DNA of 64,000 bases from positions 512,001 through 576,000 of the forward strand of contig CAXXHO010000005.1 of NCBI GenBank assembly GCA_963667725.2, read 5' to 3'. The translations under genes and the position numbers were made by a program. This DNA comes from Treponemataceae bacterium. GTDB lineage: Bacteria > Spirochaetota > Spirochaetia > Treponematales > Rectinemataceae. Each line of letters starts with the position of its first letter. The first letter of the stretch is position 1. Positions 21,361 to 31,658 of this stretch are shown piece after piece. The notes under the pieces were generated by a model. That model made no database searches. It was not told the DNA's origin and saw only the letters and a list, made by a program, of their open reading frames with translations.

Positions 21361-21451
21361 ATTGGCTTAACCTGCGAGCCGTCGTGCGCTACTGCGCTAC
21401 CAGGGCATTATCAATTTAACATTGCATCTATTTATGCTTTTCAAACGCGAG

Positions 21452-21892
21452 TCAGGTTGAAGCTTTTGTTAGGTTATTTCTTTTCTCCAAATATATTAGA
21501 TTTGGATTTCCACAGAATAAACACATATCTCTATGCATACACAAATATTTGCCACATCTATCACATTGCCATTTAGCTTTTTCGTTCTTGATAAACTCTC
21601 TAATTCCCAATGTCTTTATATCCTCAAAGTTCTTATATATGTTCACATTATATCTATTAAAATATCTCTTTTCTAAATCCTTTATTCTTCTACATGGATA
21701 TTTCTTACATTTACTACATAATAGCTCTTTATTACCCTTTTTCTCTTCACAGTTCCTTATTCTACATTCTATGCAATGGTATGCCTTATGATCATCTGAT
21801 CCATTACATCCATTACAATGATTCTTATCCCTTTGATACGCTAAACAGAGACTACAATTTATTCCACAAGGCGCAAAATCTTTAGTTTTCAT
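21452..21892 (-). CDS. Cys-rich DUF3795-like protein
   Basis: APCGINCSLC...CNGC...CSKCKKYPC...CDRCG...CLFCG. Confidence 0.8.
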   Translation of the reverse strand: MKTKDFAPCGINCSLCLAYQRDKNHCNGCNGSDDHKAYHCIECRIRNCEEKKGNKELLCSKCKKYPCRRIKDLEKRYFNRYNVNIYKNFEDIKTLGIREFIKNEKAKWQCDRCGKYLCMHRDMCLFCGNPNLIYLEKRNNLTKAST

Positions 21893-22086
21893 TATGCTAA
21901 AAGAAGCGATTTAGCCAGTTCATAATCCTTTTCGCTAACGAGTATTGTTGCAGCTATACTATATGATGCTGGTCTTTGGCCTCCGCTATCATCTGACTGA
22001 ATGATGTAGGGAATATTTTCTTTATCCAGGATGGTAGCGAAGAATTCCGCTTCAAACCTATTTTGGAATTGCTTAAGTTTGACCAT
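21892..22086 (-). CDS. DUF2007-like small protein
   Basis: GAGGAG RBS; EAEFFATILDKENIP...ILVSEKDYELAKSLL. Confidence 0.75.
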   Translation of the reverse strand: MVKLKQFQNRFEAEFFATILDKENIPYIIQSDDSGGQRPASYSIAATILVSEKDYELAKSLLLA

Positions 22087-22290
22087 ACTATCTCCTCTCT
22101 TATTGGCTCGAAGCGTCAATCTAACATTCTCAATTATTAGTTTAGCATGTATCTTTGCGCGCCGAAGGCGTCAACCTAACATTGGCTTAACCTTTAAAGC
22201 CTGGCCTGAGCGAAGCGAAGGATTGGCGTGGTTTTTGCGTAATCTTCAAGCAAAAACCATGACAAAAGGCTTTATAAGGTTGAAGCTATT

Positions 22291-22453
22291 GTTAGAATTT
22301 TCACCCCAAAGCGCACTTTTTTATTCTCTTCTCTTTAGCTTTATTATCTTCTTCTCTTCGTCGTTTTTTATAGGCACGTAACATGCGAGAATAAGGGAAA
22401 GACGCACCGCTTCTCTTCCCTTTTCGAGCAGCTGAACAATAAATAATTCTAAC
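22291..22453 (-). repeat. Gene-less cassette family A, copy 6 (TCAGCT variant)
   Basis: Same unit as other copies. Confidence 0.9.
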
Positions 22454-22564
22454 ATTGGCTTAACCCTTAACGCCTGCTCCTGAGCGAAGCGAAGGATTGG
22501 CGTGGTTTTTGCATTGTTGTTCTGCAAAAACCATGACAAAAGGCGTTATAGGGTTGAAGCATTT

Positions 22565-23055
22565 GTTATATGCTTTTCTTTTATCAATAATCTTCTATGC
22601 TTTCGTTTTCTTAATTACTATTCAATTTTTTATTATAGTTTTCTATAATCTTATTTCTATTTATTCTCTTATTATCATATATTATTCATTTTTACTATAA
22701 TTTTCTTGAAGTAAACTTAAAATATTGAAGCGCTATACTTTTAGATCATGAAGAATACGAAAGCATCCTTCAATCGAAAGCCAGCTTTCATATTCGGCTG
22801 CTTTCGTATTCTTCAATATTCTTGTAAGTATTCTTATAATATTTTTGATTTTTTTAGTCTTCTATTATTTCTTTTAAATATTTATCGCAATAATAGAAAA
22901 TATGACACACTATCACAATGGAATCATAAAAAGGATTTCGAGGACCAAGGCACAAGATAAAATATAGTATTATCAAAGAGATCACTAAAAATCTTTTACC
23001 GATGCACTCAATCTTTGGTCTTTCTTGCGCGCCGCGTCAGCGGCGTCCATATAAC
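22565..23055 (-). other. Gene-less cassette family B, copy 1 (490 bp, structured)
   Basis: No convincing ORF; 17-bp perfect inverted repeat at 22749-22765 / 22799-22815; duplicate at 37393-37883. Confidence 0.75.
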
Positions 23056-23190
23056 ATTTGTTTAACCTTTAAACCCGTCCCGAGCTACTGCGAGGGATTG
23101 GCGCGATTCTTGCAACACTCTAGTAAGCAGTAACATTCTACAGCGATATGCAAGAAGCGTGACAATAGGGTTTATAAGGTTGAAACGTTT

Positions 23191-23352
23191 GTTAGAATTT
23201 TCACCCCAAAGAGCACTTCTTTCTTCTCTTCTCTTTAACTTTTAATTTTCTTCTCTTCGTCGTTTTTTATAGGCACGTAACATGCGAGAATAAGGGAAAG
23301 ACGCATCGCTTCTCTTCCCTTTTCGAGCAGCTGAACAACTAATAATTCTAAC
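23191..23352 (-). repeat. Gene-less cassette family A, copy 7 (TCAGCT variant, variant attC)
   Basis: Near-identical to copy 3. Confidence 0.9.
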
Positions 23353-23463
23353 ATTGGCTTAACCTTTAAAGCCTGGCCTGAGCGTAGCGAAGGATTGGCA
23401 CGCTTTTTGCATTGTTGTTCTGCAAAAAGCGTGCCAAAAGGCTTTATAAGGTTGAAGCATGTG

Positions 23464-24756
23464 TTAGGAAGTTACTATTTCATCAATTATTTCTTTTTCA
23501 CTATCTATTTTATCATAATCGCATTTAAATACTTCTTTATAAGCATCTTTAAATTCTTTTGTATCTCGAAATAATTCAAATAGTGGCCATTCATGATAAA
23601 ATATCTGTGGAAGTTCGTCTGTATTACCTATTTTTATCATTATTTTACTACTCAATACCCAATCTTTTTGAAGAACAGCTTTAGCAAGCAAAAACTTATC
23701 AGAACAATCAGACCAATCAAGCTTTTCTATCTGCTTCTTAACTTCTTCATCTTTATTTAATAAATAATATGTGATTATATTATTAATTGAAACAATCATG
23801 TCTTCAATTCTATTAAGCTTACTATAGATTTTTAAATACTTAATGAGATTCCTAACAATACTATAGTTTTTATATTCTAGGTTATCATATATATAAGTTA
23901 TCAATAGATTTTTACCAATTTCAATATTTTCAGGATGTAATTTTTTTATAATAAATGATGTAATTTTACCTGCTATTTCAATAAGTACAAATACACTATC
24001 GTAAAAATAGTCTGGATCGGTATACAATTCATCACCAATATTTGGACACTGTTTAAATGTAAATCCCTCTTGAATACAAGTATTTATATATTGACTAGTT
24101 ACAATACCATTAGTATGTACATATAAATTTCTTCTTTCTGTCAACTCAACAAATTTTGATATTAGCTCTTTATCATCTTTTATTGAACCGTTAATTTTTT
24201 TCGATATCCATTCTAATTGCTTAATATGGCTACCACGCATTACTGCATCAATTTCTTCATTTATTATTGCACTTTGATATTCTTCTATTGTTTTATATTT
24301 GATGAGCTCAGTATATGATATCTGCTTACATGAATCATTTAGCAAATTAGGTTTTAATGTTAGCATAAATTTAATTGTATCTGAAATATACTTATCAAAT
24401 TGACTTACAAGAGTAACAATTACACTCTTGTTAATTATACTGAACGCTCTATCATACTTGTCTTCATTATCTTGTAATATTTTGAACTTTTTTAAATAGA
24501 CTAAAGGTAACGCAAATTGCATACCATTATCATTCTCTTTAATATTGGTACATTTTTCTTTAATAAACTTCATCATATCTTTATGTGATTTTTGATGTTT
24601 TTCATTTATTGTCATTATCGTTATAGGTAATACATCTCTTAAAGTAATTGCATTATCTAAATATGTAGATAATATTTTGCTATACCCATTAATTGGACTG
24701 TCTGATTCTTGATTAGATTTCTCTTCTGGAACTTCTACACATTCTGAATTATCCAA
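23464..24756 (-). CDS. Hypothetical protein with HEPN-like RxxxxH motif
   Basis: 430 aa, helical; ELTERRNLYVHTNG; AGGAGG RBS with TTG start. Confidence 0.7.
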   Translation of the reverse strand: MDNSECVEVPEEKSNQESDSPINGYSKILSTYLDNAITLRDVLPITIMTINEKHQKSHKDMMKFIKEKCTNIKENDNGMQFALPLVYLKKFKILQDNEDKYDRAFSIINKSVIVTLVSQFDKYISDTIKFMLTLKPNLLNDSCKQISYTELIKYKTIEEYQSAIINEEIDAVMRGSHIKQLEWISKKINGSIKDDKELISKFVELTERRNLYVHTNGIVTSQYINTCIQEGFTFKQCPNIGDELYTDPDYFYDSVFVLIEIAGKITSFIIKKLHPENIEIGKNLLITYIYDNLEYKNYSIVRNLIKYLKIYSKLNRIEDMIVSINNIITYYLLNKDEEVKKQIEKLDWSDCSDKFLLAKAVLQKDWVLSSKIMIKIGNTDELPQIFYHEWPLFELFRDTKEFKDAYKEVFKCDYDKIDSEKEIIDEIVTS

Positions 24757-24928
24757 TTTTTCCTCCTAATCTTCCTAACATTGGCTTAACCTTTAACGCT
24801 CGCTCCCGAGCGAAGCGAGGGATTGGCGCGCATCTTGCGTAAAGGAGCGACGCCACGATAGTGGCGAAGCGACGCGCAAGATGCGTGACAAAGAGCGTTA
24901 TAAGGTTGAAGCATGTGTTGGACAGTTC

Positions 24929-25513
24929 TTATTTAAATAATTCTTCAATTTTTATCCTATTCTCATATTCTTCAATATATTTCTCTATATTTTCTTCATT
25001 TATTGAATCATATATTTCAATAACGCTATTTTTACTTATATAGTATGGTTCATCTAAAAGCCCAAATGTTCTTTTCTCAAACATCCTTCCTTCGATAACA
25101 AGATAATGTTCATTTTCATTGACAGAATAAAATAGCATTTTAAAAATAATATTTTCTTTTATATATTCGTCATTATTTTTTTTCTTATATAATATCTTTG
25201 TATCAAAAATAGATTCTGGAATTTCTTTATATATCTCAACTTGATTTGTAACTGCTATTTCTTCCCAATTAAGATATTTTTCTAATACTGCCTTTAAATG
25301 CTTTATATCTTCTACTGTAAATTCTAAAAGCCCGTTATCATCGCCTAATAGAAAAGTCCCATCTTCATTATTAAATAAAAGTTCAATGTTTTGCATGATG
25401 AAGTTATTCTCAGTTTTTCTTTCTCCAGCAATTTCTAGTATTAATGAGTTATTTGCATAGATTGGTTGTACTGTCGATATTAAGAAATATAGCATTATTA
25501 TTGCTATAGTCAT
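24929..25513 (-). CDS. Hypothetical exported protein
   Basis: Signal-like N-terminus; GGAGG RBS. Confidence 0.65.
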   Translation of the reverse strand: MTIAIIMLYFLISTVQPIYANNSLILEIAGERKTENNFIMQNIELLFNNEDGTFLLGDDNGLLEFTVEDIKHLKAVLEKYLNWEEIAVTNQVEIYKEIPESIFDTKILYKKKNNDEYIKENIIFKMLFYSVNENEHYLVIEGRMFEKRTFGLLDEPYYISKNSVIEIYDSINEENIEKYIEEYENRIKIEELFK

Positions 25514-25674
25514 TAATCCTCCAATTACAATGTATTATTTAACAATCCCTTAATCTGTCCAACATTGGCTTAACCTTTAAAGCCTGGCCCGAGCTACTGC
25601 GAGGGATTGGCGTGGTTTTTGCGTAATCTTCAAGCAAAAACCATGACAAAAGGCTTTATAAGGTTGAAGCTTTT

Positions 25675-25837
25675 GTTAGAATTTTCACCCCAAAGCGCAC
25701 TTCTTTCTTCTCTTCTCTTTACCTTATCTATTTTCTTCTCTTCGTCGTTTTTTATATGCACGTATCATGCGAGAATAAGGGAAAGACGCACCGCTTCTCT
25801 TCCCTTTTCGAGCAGTATAACATTTAATAATTCTAAC
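25675..25837 (-). repeat. Gene-less cassette family A, copy 8 (TATACT variant)
   Basis: In tandem with copy 9. Confidence 0.9.
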
Positions 25838-25948
25838 ATTGGCTTAACCCTTAACGCCTGTTCCCGAGCGAAGCGAGGGATTGGCGTGGTTTTTGCGTCA
25901 TCTTCTCGCAAAAATCATGACAAAAGGCGTTATAGGGTTGAAGCTTTT

Positions 25949-26111
25949 GTTAGAATTTTCATCCCAAAGCGCACTTCTTTCTTCTCTTCTCTTTAACATC
26001 TCTATTTTCTTCTCTTCGTCGTTTTTTATATGCACGTAACATGCGAGAATAAGGGAAAGACGCACCGCTTCTCTTCCCTTTTCGAGCAGCTGAACAACAA
26101 ATAATTCTAAC
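25949..26111 (-). repeat. Gene-less cassette family A, copy 9 (TCAGCT variant)
   Basis: In tandem with copy 8. Confidence 0.9.
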
Positions 26112-26222
26112 ATTGGCTTAACCTTTAAAGCCTGGCCTGAGCGAAGCGAAGGATTGGCGTGGTTTTTGCGTCATCTTCTCGCAAAAACCATGACAAAAGG
26201 CTTTATAAGGTTGAAGCGTTTG

Positions 26223-26720
26223 TTAGATTCTTTTCACATATTCATATGCTACTTTTTCATATCCGTATTTTTGGAAAAACTGATGAGCTTTTATATTATT
26301 GATTGAACTTGCTAAACCGATCTTTGATATATTATTTTCTTTAGCAAATCTTTCTATAAACTTTATCATCTCATTTCCAATACCTTTTCTACGATATTTA
26401 TCAGCAGTAACGATATCAGATATTTCAATATATTTTTCATCTTTATTTATTTTAATTATTGCAATTGTAATCGTTTCATTAATTCCACTAAAAAATGCTT
26501 TAATTACCCTAATATTATTTTCTTCCTTAACTAATGTTTTTATTAAAGATTCAGAAAAATCTTTCTTCCATTCAAATTTATCATTTATTCGGCCTTCTGC
26601 AATATCTAATAAAGTATAATAGTCTTTACATGTTGTGGATTTTATAAAATTAGAACAATTGTATAGCTCATTTAAATTATGGCTATCTATAAACTCCACT
26701 ACAATAGAATTATTTTCCAT
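26223..26720 (-). CDS. GNAT acetyltransferase
   Basis: YRRKGIG and NIKAHQFFQKYGY. Confidence 0.88.
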   Translation of the reverse strand: MENNSIVVEFIDSHNLNELYNCSNFIKSTTCKDYYTLLDIAEGRINDKFEWKKDFSESLIKTLVKEENNIRVIKAFFSGINETITIAIIKINKDEKYIEISDIVTADKYRRKGIGNEMIKFIERFAKENNISKIGLASSINNIKAHQFFQKYGYEKVAYEYVKRI

Positions 26721-27010
26721 ATTTATTACCCTAGTTGTCGAATGTTGAAGTAAAACAAACTATTAGTACATTTTTTTTTACACATTTCTTATAAATGAAT
26801 CTAACATTAGCTTAACCTTTAAATCCTTGCCTGAGCTACTGCGAAGGCTTGGCGTGGTTTGTGCATTGTTGTTCTGCACAAACCATGCCAAAGGATTTAT
26901 AAGGTTGAAGCAGTTGTTAGGTTTTTAATATATGCTAAATATGAATAAATAGATTATTTGTGTAATAAATATATTTTTTTTTAACCTTTATTATAATTTA
27001 TTAGCTATCT

Positions 27011-28300
27011 TTACAAATTTAACATTTTATCTTTTAGATAGGAAGGATTCCAAAATTCTTTTTCAAAGTATCTTTTTACTTCTTCTTGTTTTTCTTGCAT
27101 ATAATTTAAAATATTTTTTGAATTATCTTTTAAGATAGCATAAATTGCCCTATCTATAAGTCCCCTTTTACAATAATCTTGAAATATTTTATCTATTTCT
27201 TCTAGATTTAATCTTTTTCTATATGGCCTATCTTCTGCTAAAGCGGTAAATATATCTGCAATTCCCATTACTCTTGCTCCAGTATTTAGTCTTTCTGCTT
27301 TAATATGAAATGGATATCCCGAACCATCTAGTCGCTCATGATGAAAAGCAGCCCATTCAGAAATTCTTCTTATCCCATCACTTAGAGAATTTATAATACT
27401 ATATGTATAATATGTATGTTGACGCATAATAGCCATTTCTTGATTAGTAAGTGGTCCAGGCTTATTTAGAATTGAATTAGGTACTACAAGCTTACCAATA
27501 TCATGAAAATTACCTGCAACTTTCATGAGCTTTATCTCTGATTCCGCATATCCAGAATACATAGCAATTTGAGAAGCGACAGATGCTACTCCTGTTGAAT
27601 GCGTAGCTGTAAATGGAGATCTAAAATCTATTATGTTCCTAAATAGCACTGAAATATCTATTGCTGACTGCGTATCAATATTTATATTTCGAACAGGGGC
27701 AGTGTTTTGAAGCAATGAATAAAGCTTTATTGATACAATATCCAACCAAAAATCTTCTCTAATAGCTAAATCTGTAAAGACATTCACCAAATATGGGTTT
27801 ATCTCGGTTCCAGACATCTTTTTAATTCTATCAACAATATCTCTATTTTGATATAAAATATATACTTTCCTATCAATTGATCTTTCAACTGTATCTGCTA
27901 ATTTTAGTATTTGCGCATAATACAAATTTGATCTTTGATCATTGCTATTGCCTAATTCCCATGAAATATGATGATATAATACAATTTTAGATAATGGTAT
28001 AAATAGCGGAAGTGTACTTAACAATCGTTCCCCTAATACACAATGCCTATTAACATACTTTTCTTTCCCCATATAGATAGCCACTTTTTCTTCTGAGGAA
28101 AGAGCACCAATATCATGTAACAATGCAGCAATAAATAGATTTTCTTTTTCTTTTTCATCCAGATTTAGTTGTTGTGCTAATTCCATAACAATGAAAGCTG
28201 TTCTTATTTGATGCTGTGATAAATCTGGACTAGCTAAATCCAGTGCATCTGATAAAGCTAATAGAATATTTGCAAGACTCACTTTGGTGTTTAAGTACAT
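27011..28300 (-). CDS. HD-GYP family phosphodiesterase (tandem HD domains)
   Basis: LLHDIG, FHDIGK, HHERLDGSGYP, DRPYR. Confidence 0.92.
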   Translation of the reverse strand: MYLNTKVSLANILLALSDALDLASPDLSQHQIRTAFIVMELAQQLNLDEKEKENLFIAALLHDIGALSSEEKVAIYMGKEKYVNRHCVLGERLLSTLPLFIPLSKIVLYHHISWELGNSNDQRSNLYYAQILKLADTVERSIDRKVYILYQNRDIVDRIKKMSGTEINPYLVNVFTDLAIREDFWLDIVSIKLYSLLQNTAPVRNINIDTQSAIDISVLFRNIIDFRSPFTATHSTGVASVASQIAMYSGYAESEIKLMKVAGNFHDIGKLVVPNSILNKPGPLTNQEMAIMRQHTYYTYSIINSLSDGIRRISEWAAFHHERLDGSGYPFHIKAERLNTGARVMGIADIFTALAEDRPYRKRLNLEEIDKIFQDYCKRGLIDRAIYAILKDNSKNILNYMQEKQEEVKRYFEKEFWNPSYLKDKMLNL

Positions 28301-28537
28301 CTATTACCTCTTTATCAATAATTGTTTAAGGTTTAATAGTAAATCTATGTGTTAACTAACATATAGTGATTTAGCTGTTAGCATAATTGCTAAACCCCAT
28401 TTTTTATAATTTTAATAAACCTAACGTTGGCTTAACCTTTAACGCTCGCTCCCGAGCATAGCGAGGGATTGGCGTGGTTTGTGCATTGTTGTTCTGCACA
28501 AACCATGACAAAGAGCGTTATAAGGTTGAAGCAGCTG

Positions 28538-29176
28538 TTAGGTTTGCGTTTTTCTATTTCTTAACACTATTTCCCATACATTTTTAGGTTTTTTATATCT
28601 ACTTACAATATTCTCTTCCATAGTAATTATTTCCCAATTATCATCAATAATTCTATCAATATCATCTTTTTCAAAGAAACGTTTTTTCTCCCCTAAATAC
28701 CTATAGTAATTTTTCTCAATCTCTTTGCCCTTTCCAGCTCCCCAATTACTATCTTTTATTGAGTTAACCCTAAAAGCAAAGAGTCCATCATTTTCTAATA
28801 CTCTACATATTTCACAAAATATCTCTTTTGTCTTTTCCCAAGAGAAATAATGCAATGATAAGTCTGCTATTACTGCACGAAAACTATTGTCAGTAAATGG
28901 TAATGGATCTCTTATATCATGTAGTACAGTATGTGCTTTAGGTAAATACTTACTTATCTTCTTTAATGAAACTGCAGAATAGTCACAGGATACTATACTA
29001 ATTCCTTTCTCAAGCAGATATTTTGTATTATTTCCTGATCCACATCCTAAATCTAAAACAGGTTTCTCATTTATTTTTAATTGGCCCATATACTTATCAA
29101 GCCACAAGTCATATACAATCTCATTATTCATCGATTCGGAGAATAGGAAATCCCATTTTACTTTAGTTGCATCCAT
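28538..29176 (-). CDS. Class I SAM-dependent methyltransferase
   Basis: VLDLGCGSG. Confidence 0.9.
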   Translation of the reverse strand: MDATKVKWDFLFSESMNNEIVYDLWLDKYMGQLKINEKPVLDLGCGSGNNTKYLLEKGISIVSCDYSAVSLKKISKYLPKAHTVLHDIRDPLPFTDNSFRAVIADLSLHYFSWEKTKEIFCEICRVLENDGLFAFRVNSIKDSNWGAGKGKEIEKNYYRYLGEKKRFFEKDDIDRIIDDNWEIITMEENIVSRYKKPKNVWEIVLRNRKTQT

Positions 29177-29333
29177 AAAACCTCATAATTGATATACTTA
29201 GCTAAACCTAACATTGGCTTAACCTTTAAATCCGTGCCTGAGCGAAGCGAGGGCTTGGCGTGGTTCTTGCGCAATCTTCTCGCAAGAACCATGACAAAGG
29301 ATTTATAAGGTTGAAGCATGTGTTAGAGGTTTC

Positions 29334-30140
29334 TTACTTTTTATCATGCAACATATGTTCTTTAAAAAACTCAATGATGTATGATAAGGATTCTTCAGGT
29401 ATTTCATGTCCAGAATTGTTGATATACGTCTTAACTGGAGCATCTATTATTGAATCATACTCGTTTACATTATTATTAATGATTCTTCCTACTCCACATT
29501 TATTAATATTAAGTACTATATTTGCCATTTCCATTTGCCATGAAAACTTAACAAGTGGATCTTTTCTTCCTGCCACAAGAAATACTGGTTTTGGTTCTAG
29601 TTTGTTTCTATCTTCCTTTGATGGTAGTATTCCAGCTATTGGAGCGACTGCGGCAAGCACATTACCTCTCGCTGCCCATAATACATAGGTAAAAACAGCT
29701 CCATTAGAAAAGCCAATAGAGTATATTCTAGTTTTATCTACTGAGTAATTACTATTAAGATATTGAAATAGTTTATCGAAAAACTCGATATCTCTTCCAT
29801 TTTGATCATCTACAGAACTTTGCCAACCTGGAAATTTGCCTTCCGGGTCAACGAGATTTGTGGGTGTATTTAATCCTTGTGGATAAACAACTATTGCCTC
29901 AGGCCAAAACTTTTCTATATGAAAGCGCAAAGCTGCTGATTTCATTGAACCGCCGTGGCCATGAAAAGCAAACACGATAGGATGCAAAGCATTATTTATG
30001 TTTGATGGAATATAGATTTCTGCATTTCTAATAATTCCATTAACTTCAATAGACACAGATTCTAATCCGAACACAGGAAACAAAAACAATATTTCTAATA
30101 AAAAGAATAGTAAAGCTTTTCGCTGCCATCTCATTTGCAT
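29334..30140 (-). CDS. Exported alpha/beta-hydrolase (LpqC/PHB-depolymerase-like esterase)
   Basis: FHGHGG, VYPQG, GFSNG, D and GH motifs; the ORF-track N-terminus is read through the attC. Confidence 0.85.
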   Translation of the reverse strand: MQMRWQRKALLFFLLEILFLFPVFGLESVSIEVNGIIRNAEIYIPSNINNALHPIVFAFHGHGGSMKSAALRFHIEKFWPEAIVVYPQGLNTPTNLVDPEGKFPGWQSSVDDQNGRDIEFFDKLFQYLNSNYSVDKTRIYSIGFSNGAVFTYVLWAARGNVLAAVAPIAGILPSKEDRNKLEPKPVFLVAGRKDPLVKFSWQMEMANIVLNINKCGVGRIINNNVNEYDSIIDAPVKTYINNSGHEIPEESLSYIIEFFKEHMLHDKK

Positions 30141-30292
30141 GTCCTTTACTATATTTGCAGCTAATACCTCTAACATTGGCTTAACCTTTAAATCCGCGCC
30201 TGAGCTACTGCGAAGGCTTGGCGTGGTTTGTGCATGGGGTTTCTGCACAAACCATGACAAAGGATTTATAAGGTTGAAGCAGGTGTTAGGCG

Positions 30293-30859
30293 CTATTTTC
30301 TTAATTTAAATTCAAAGCCAAATTTTACTTCTAATGCTAAAATTTCCTTTTTAACCTCTTTTGCTTTTTCTTTTATATCCAAATCAATTAGTATTTTATC
30401 AATTTTACTAATTAATATTTCTAATTCATTTAATGGCATATCATTAGCAACAAGGCAGTATAATCCTTTCGATTTTCCATCATTATACTTTTCTAATAAT
30501 ATCTTTAAATACTTTTGTCTTTTACCTAAATCGGTTTCATATTTTTTAATATCATTTTTTGCTTCTATAAAATTCTGTTTTACACTTCTATATGATATAA
30601 ATGAATCACATTTGCTTTCTTCTTGATATTTTTTACATGGGTATTCACTGCATTGAAAACAATATTCCACATTATCATGTTTTCTATTGCATGTTTCTAC
30701 TGCACAAGTTGGATGCTGAGTTGAAAAGTTTTCTCCGCCACAGCCTGGACATTTCGAACTTCCATCAGTATTAAATCTTGGGCACAAACTGCAATTTAAT
30801 CCACAAAGAGAAAACAAAGGATTTTTTCGTATAAAAGGTATCATCTCTACTCCAGACAA
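30293..30859 (-). CDS. DUF3795-like protein, duplicate of 19689-20255
   Basis: One amino-acid difference (P to L). Confidence 0.8.
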   Translation of the reverse strand: MSGVEMIPFIRKNPLFSLCGLNCSLCPRFNTDGSSKCPGCGGENFSTQHPTCAVETCNRKHDNVEYCFQCSEYPCKKYQEESKCDSFISYRSVKQNFIEAKNDIKKYETDLGKRQKYLKILLEKYNDGKSKGLYCLVANDMPLNELEILISKIDKILIDLDIKEKAKEVKKEILALEVKFGFEFKLRK

Positions 30860-31116
30860 AGCATAATGCCTATTCAGTCTTTATTTATCTTTGCGCGCGA
30901 AGCGCGTCCGCCTAACATTGGCTTAACCCTTAACGCCTGCTCCTGAGCGAAGCGAAGGATTGGCGTGGTTTGTGCATTGTTGTTCTGCACAAACCATGAC
31001 AAAAGGCGTTATAGGGTTGAAGCATTTGTTAGAAATCTTCCCCTTATCTCTTTAGGTCTTAATTATTGTCTTTAATAAATCTCTTATTCTTTCTTAATTT
31101 TCTTAGAATCTTCTCT

Positions 31117-31467
31117 TTATTCAAAAATATCTTCTTTATTCTCGTATTTAATATAGTCTTCTCTTCTTGGGCTAAAGACTTCTATAGCTACTGAATCCTC
31201 AAGTATTTCAGCTTTATGATTAGCATTTGACAAAATTGTCCAACTATCACCAGGATGTAATACTTTAGATTTCCCATCAATAAAGAGCCTAATGCTACCT
31301 TTTACAAGATATCCAGTTTGTTCATTTATATGCTTATGTTCGGGAAGTGAAGAACCTTTTTGGAGTAAGAATTCAACAAGTAATGAATTTTCTCCATAGC
31401 TAAGAGTCTTAATGCTTATACCATGGATGATTTCTTTGTATCCATTTCTCGATGCAATGCCGAACAT
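31117..31467 (-). CDS. Cupin-domain protein
   Basis: PEHKHINEQTGY...GDSWTI..NANH...EVFSPRREDY. Confidence 0.88.
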   Translation of the reverse strand: MFGIASRNGYKEIIHGISIKTLSYGENSLLVEFLLQKGSSLPEHKHINEQTGYLVKGSIRLFIDGKSKVLHPGDSWTILSNANHKAEILEDSVAIEVFSPRREDYIKYENKEDIFE

Positions 31468-31658
31468 ATGCTTTTCTCCATCATGTTGATTAATAATTAC
31501 TGCAATGAACTATAAATATTCTTCCTGCGCGGGAGCGTCTTTCTAACATTGGCTTAACCCTTAACGCCTGTTCCCGAGCGAAGCGAGGGATTGGCGTGGT
31601 TTTTGCGTTATCTTCTCGCAAAAATCATGACAAAAGGCGTTATAGGGTTGAAGCTTTT

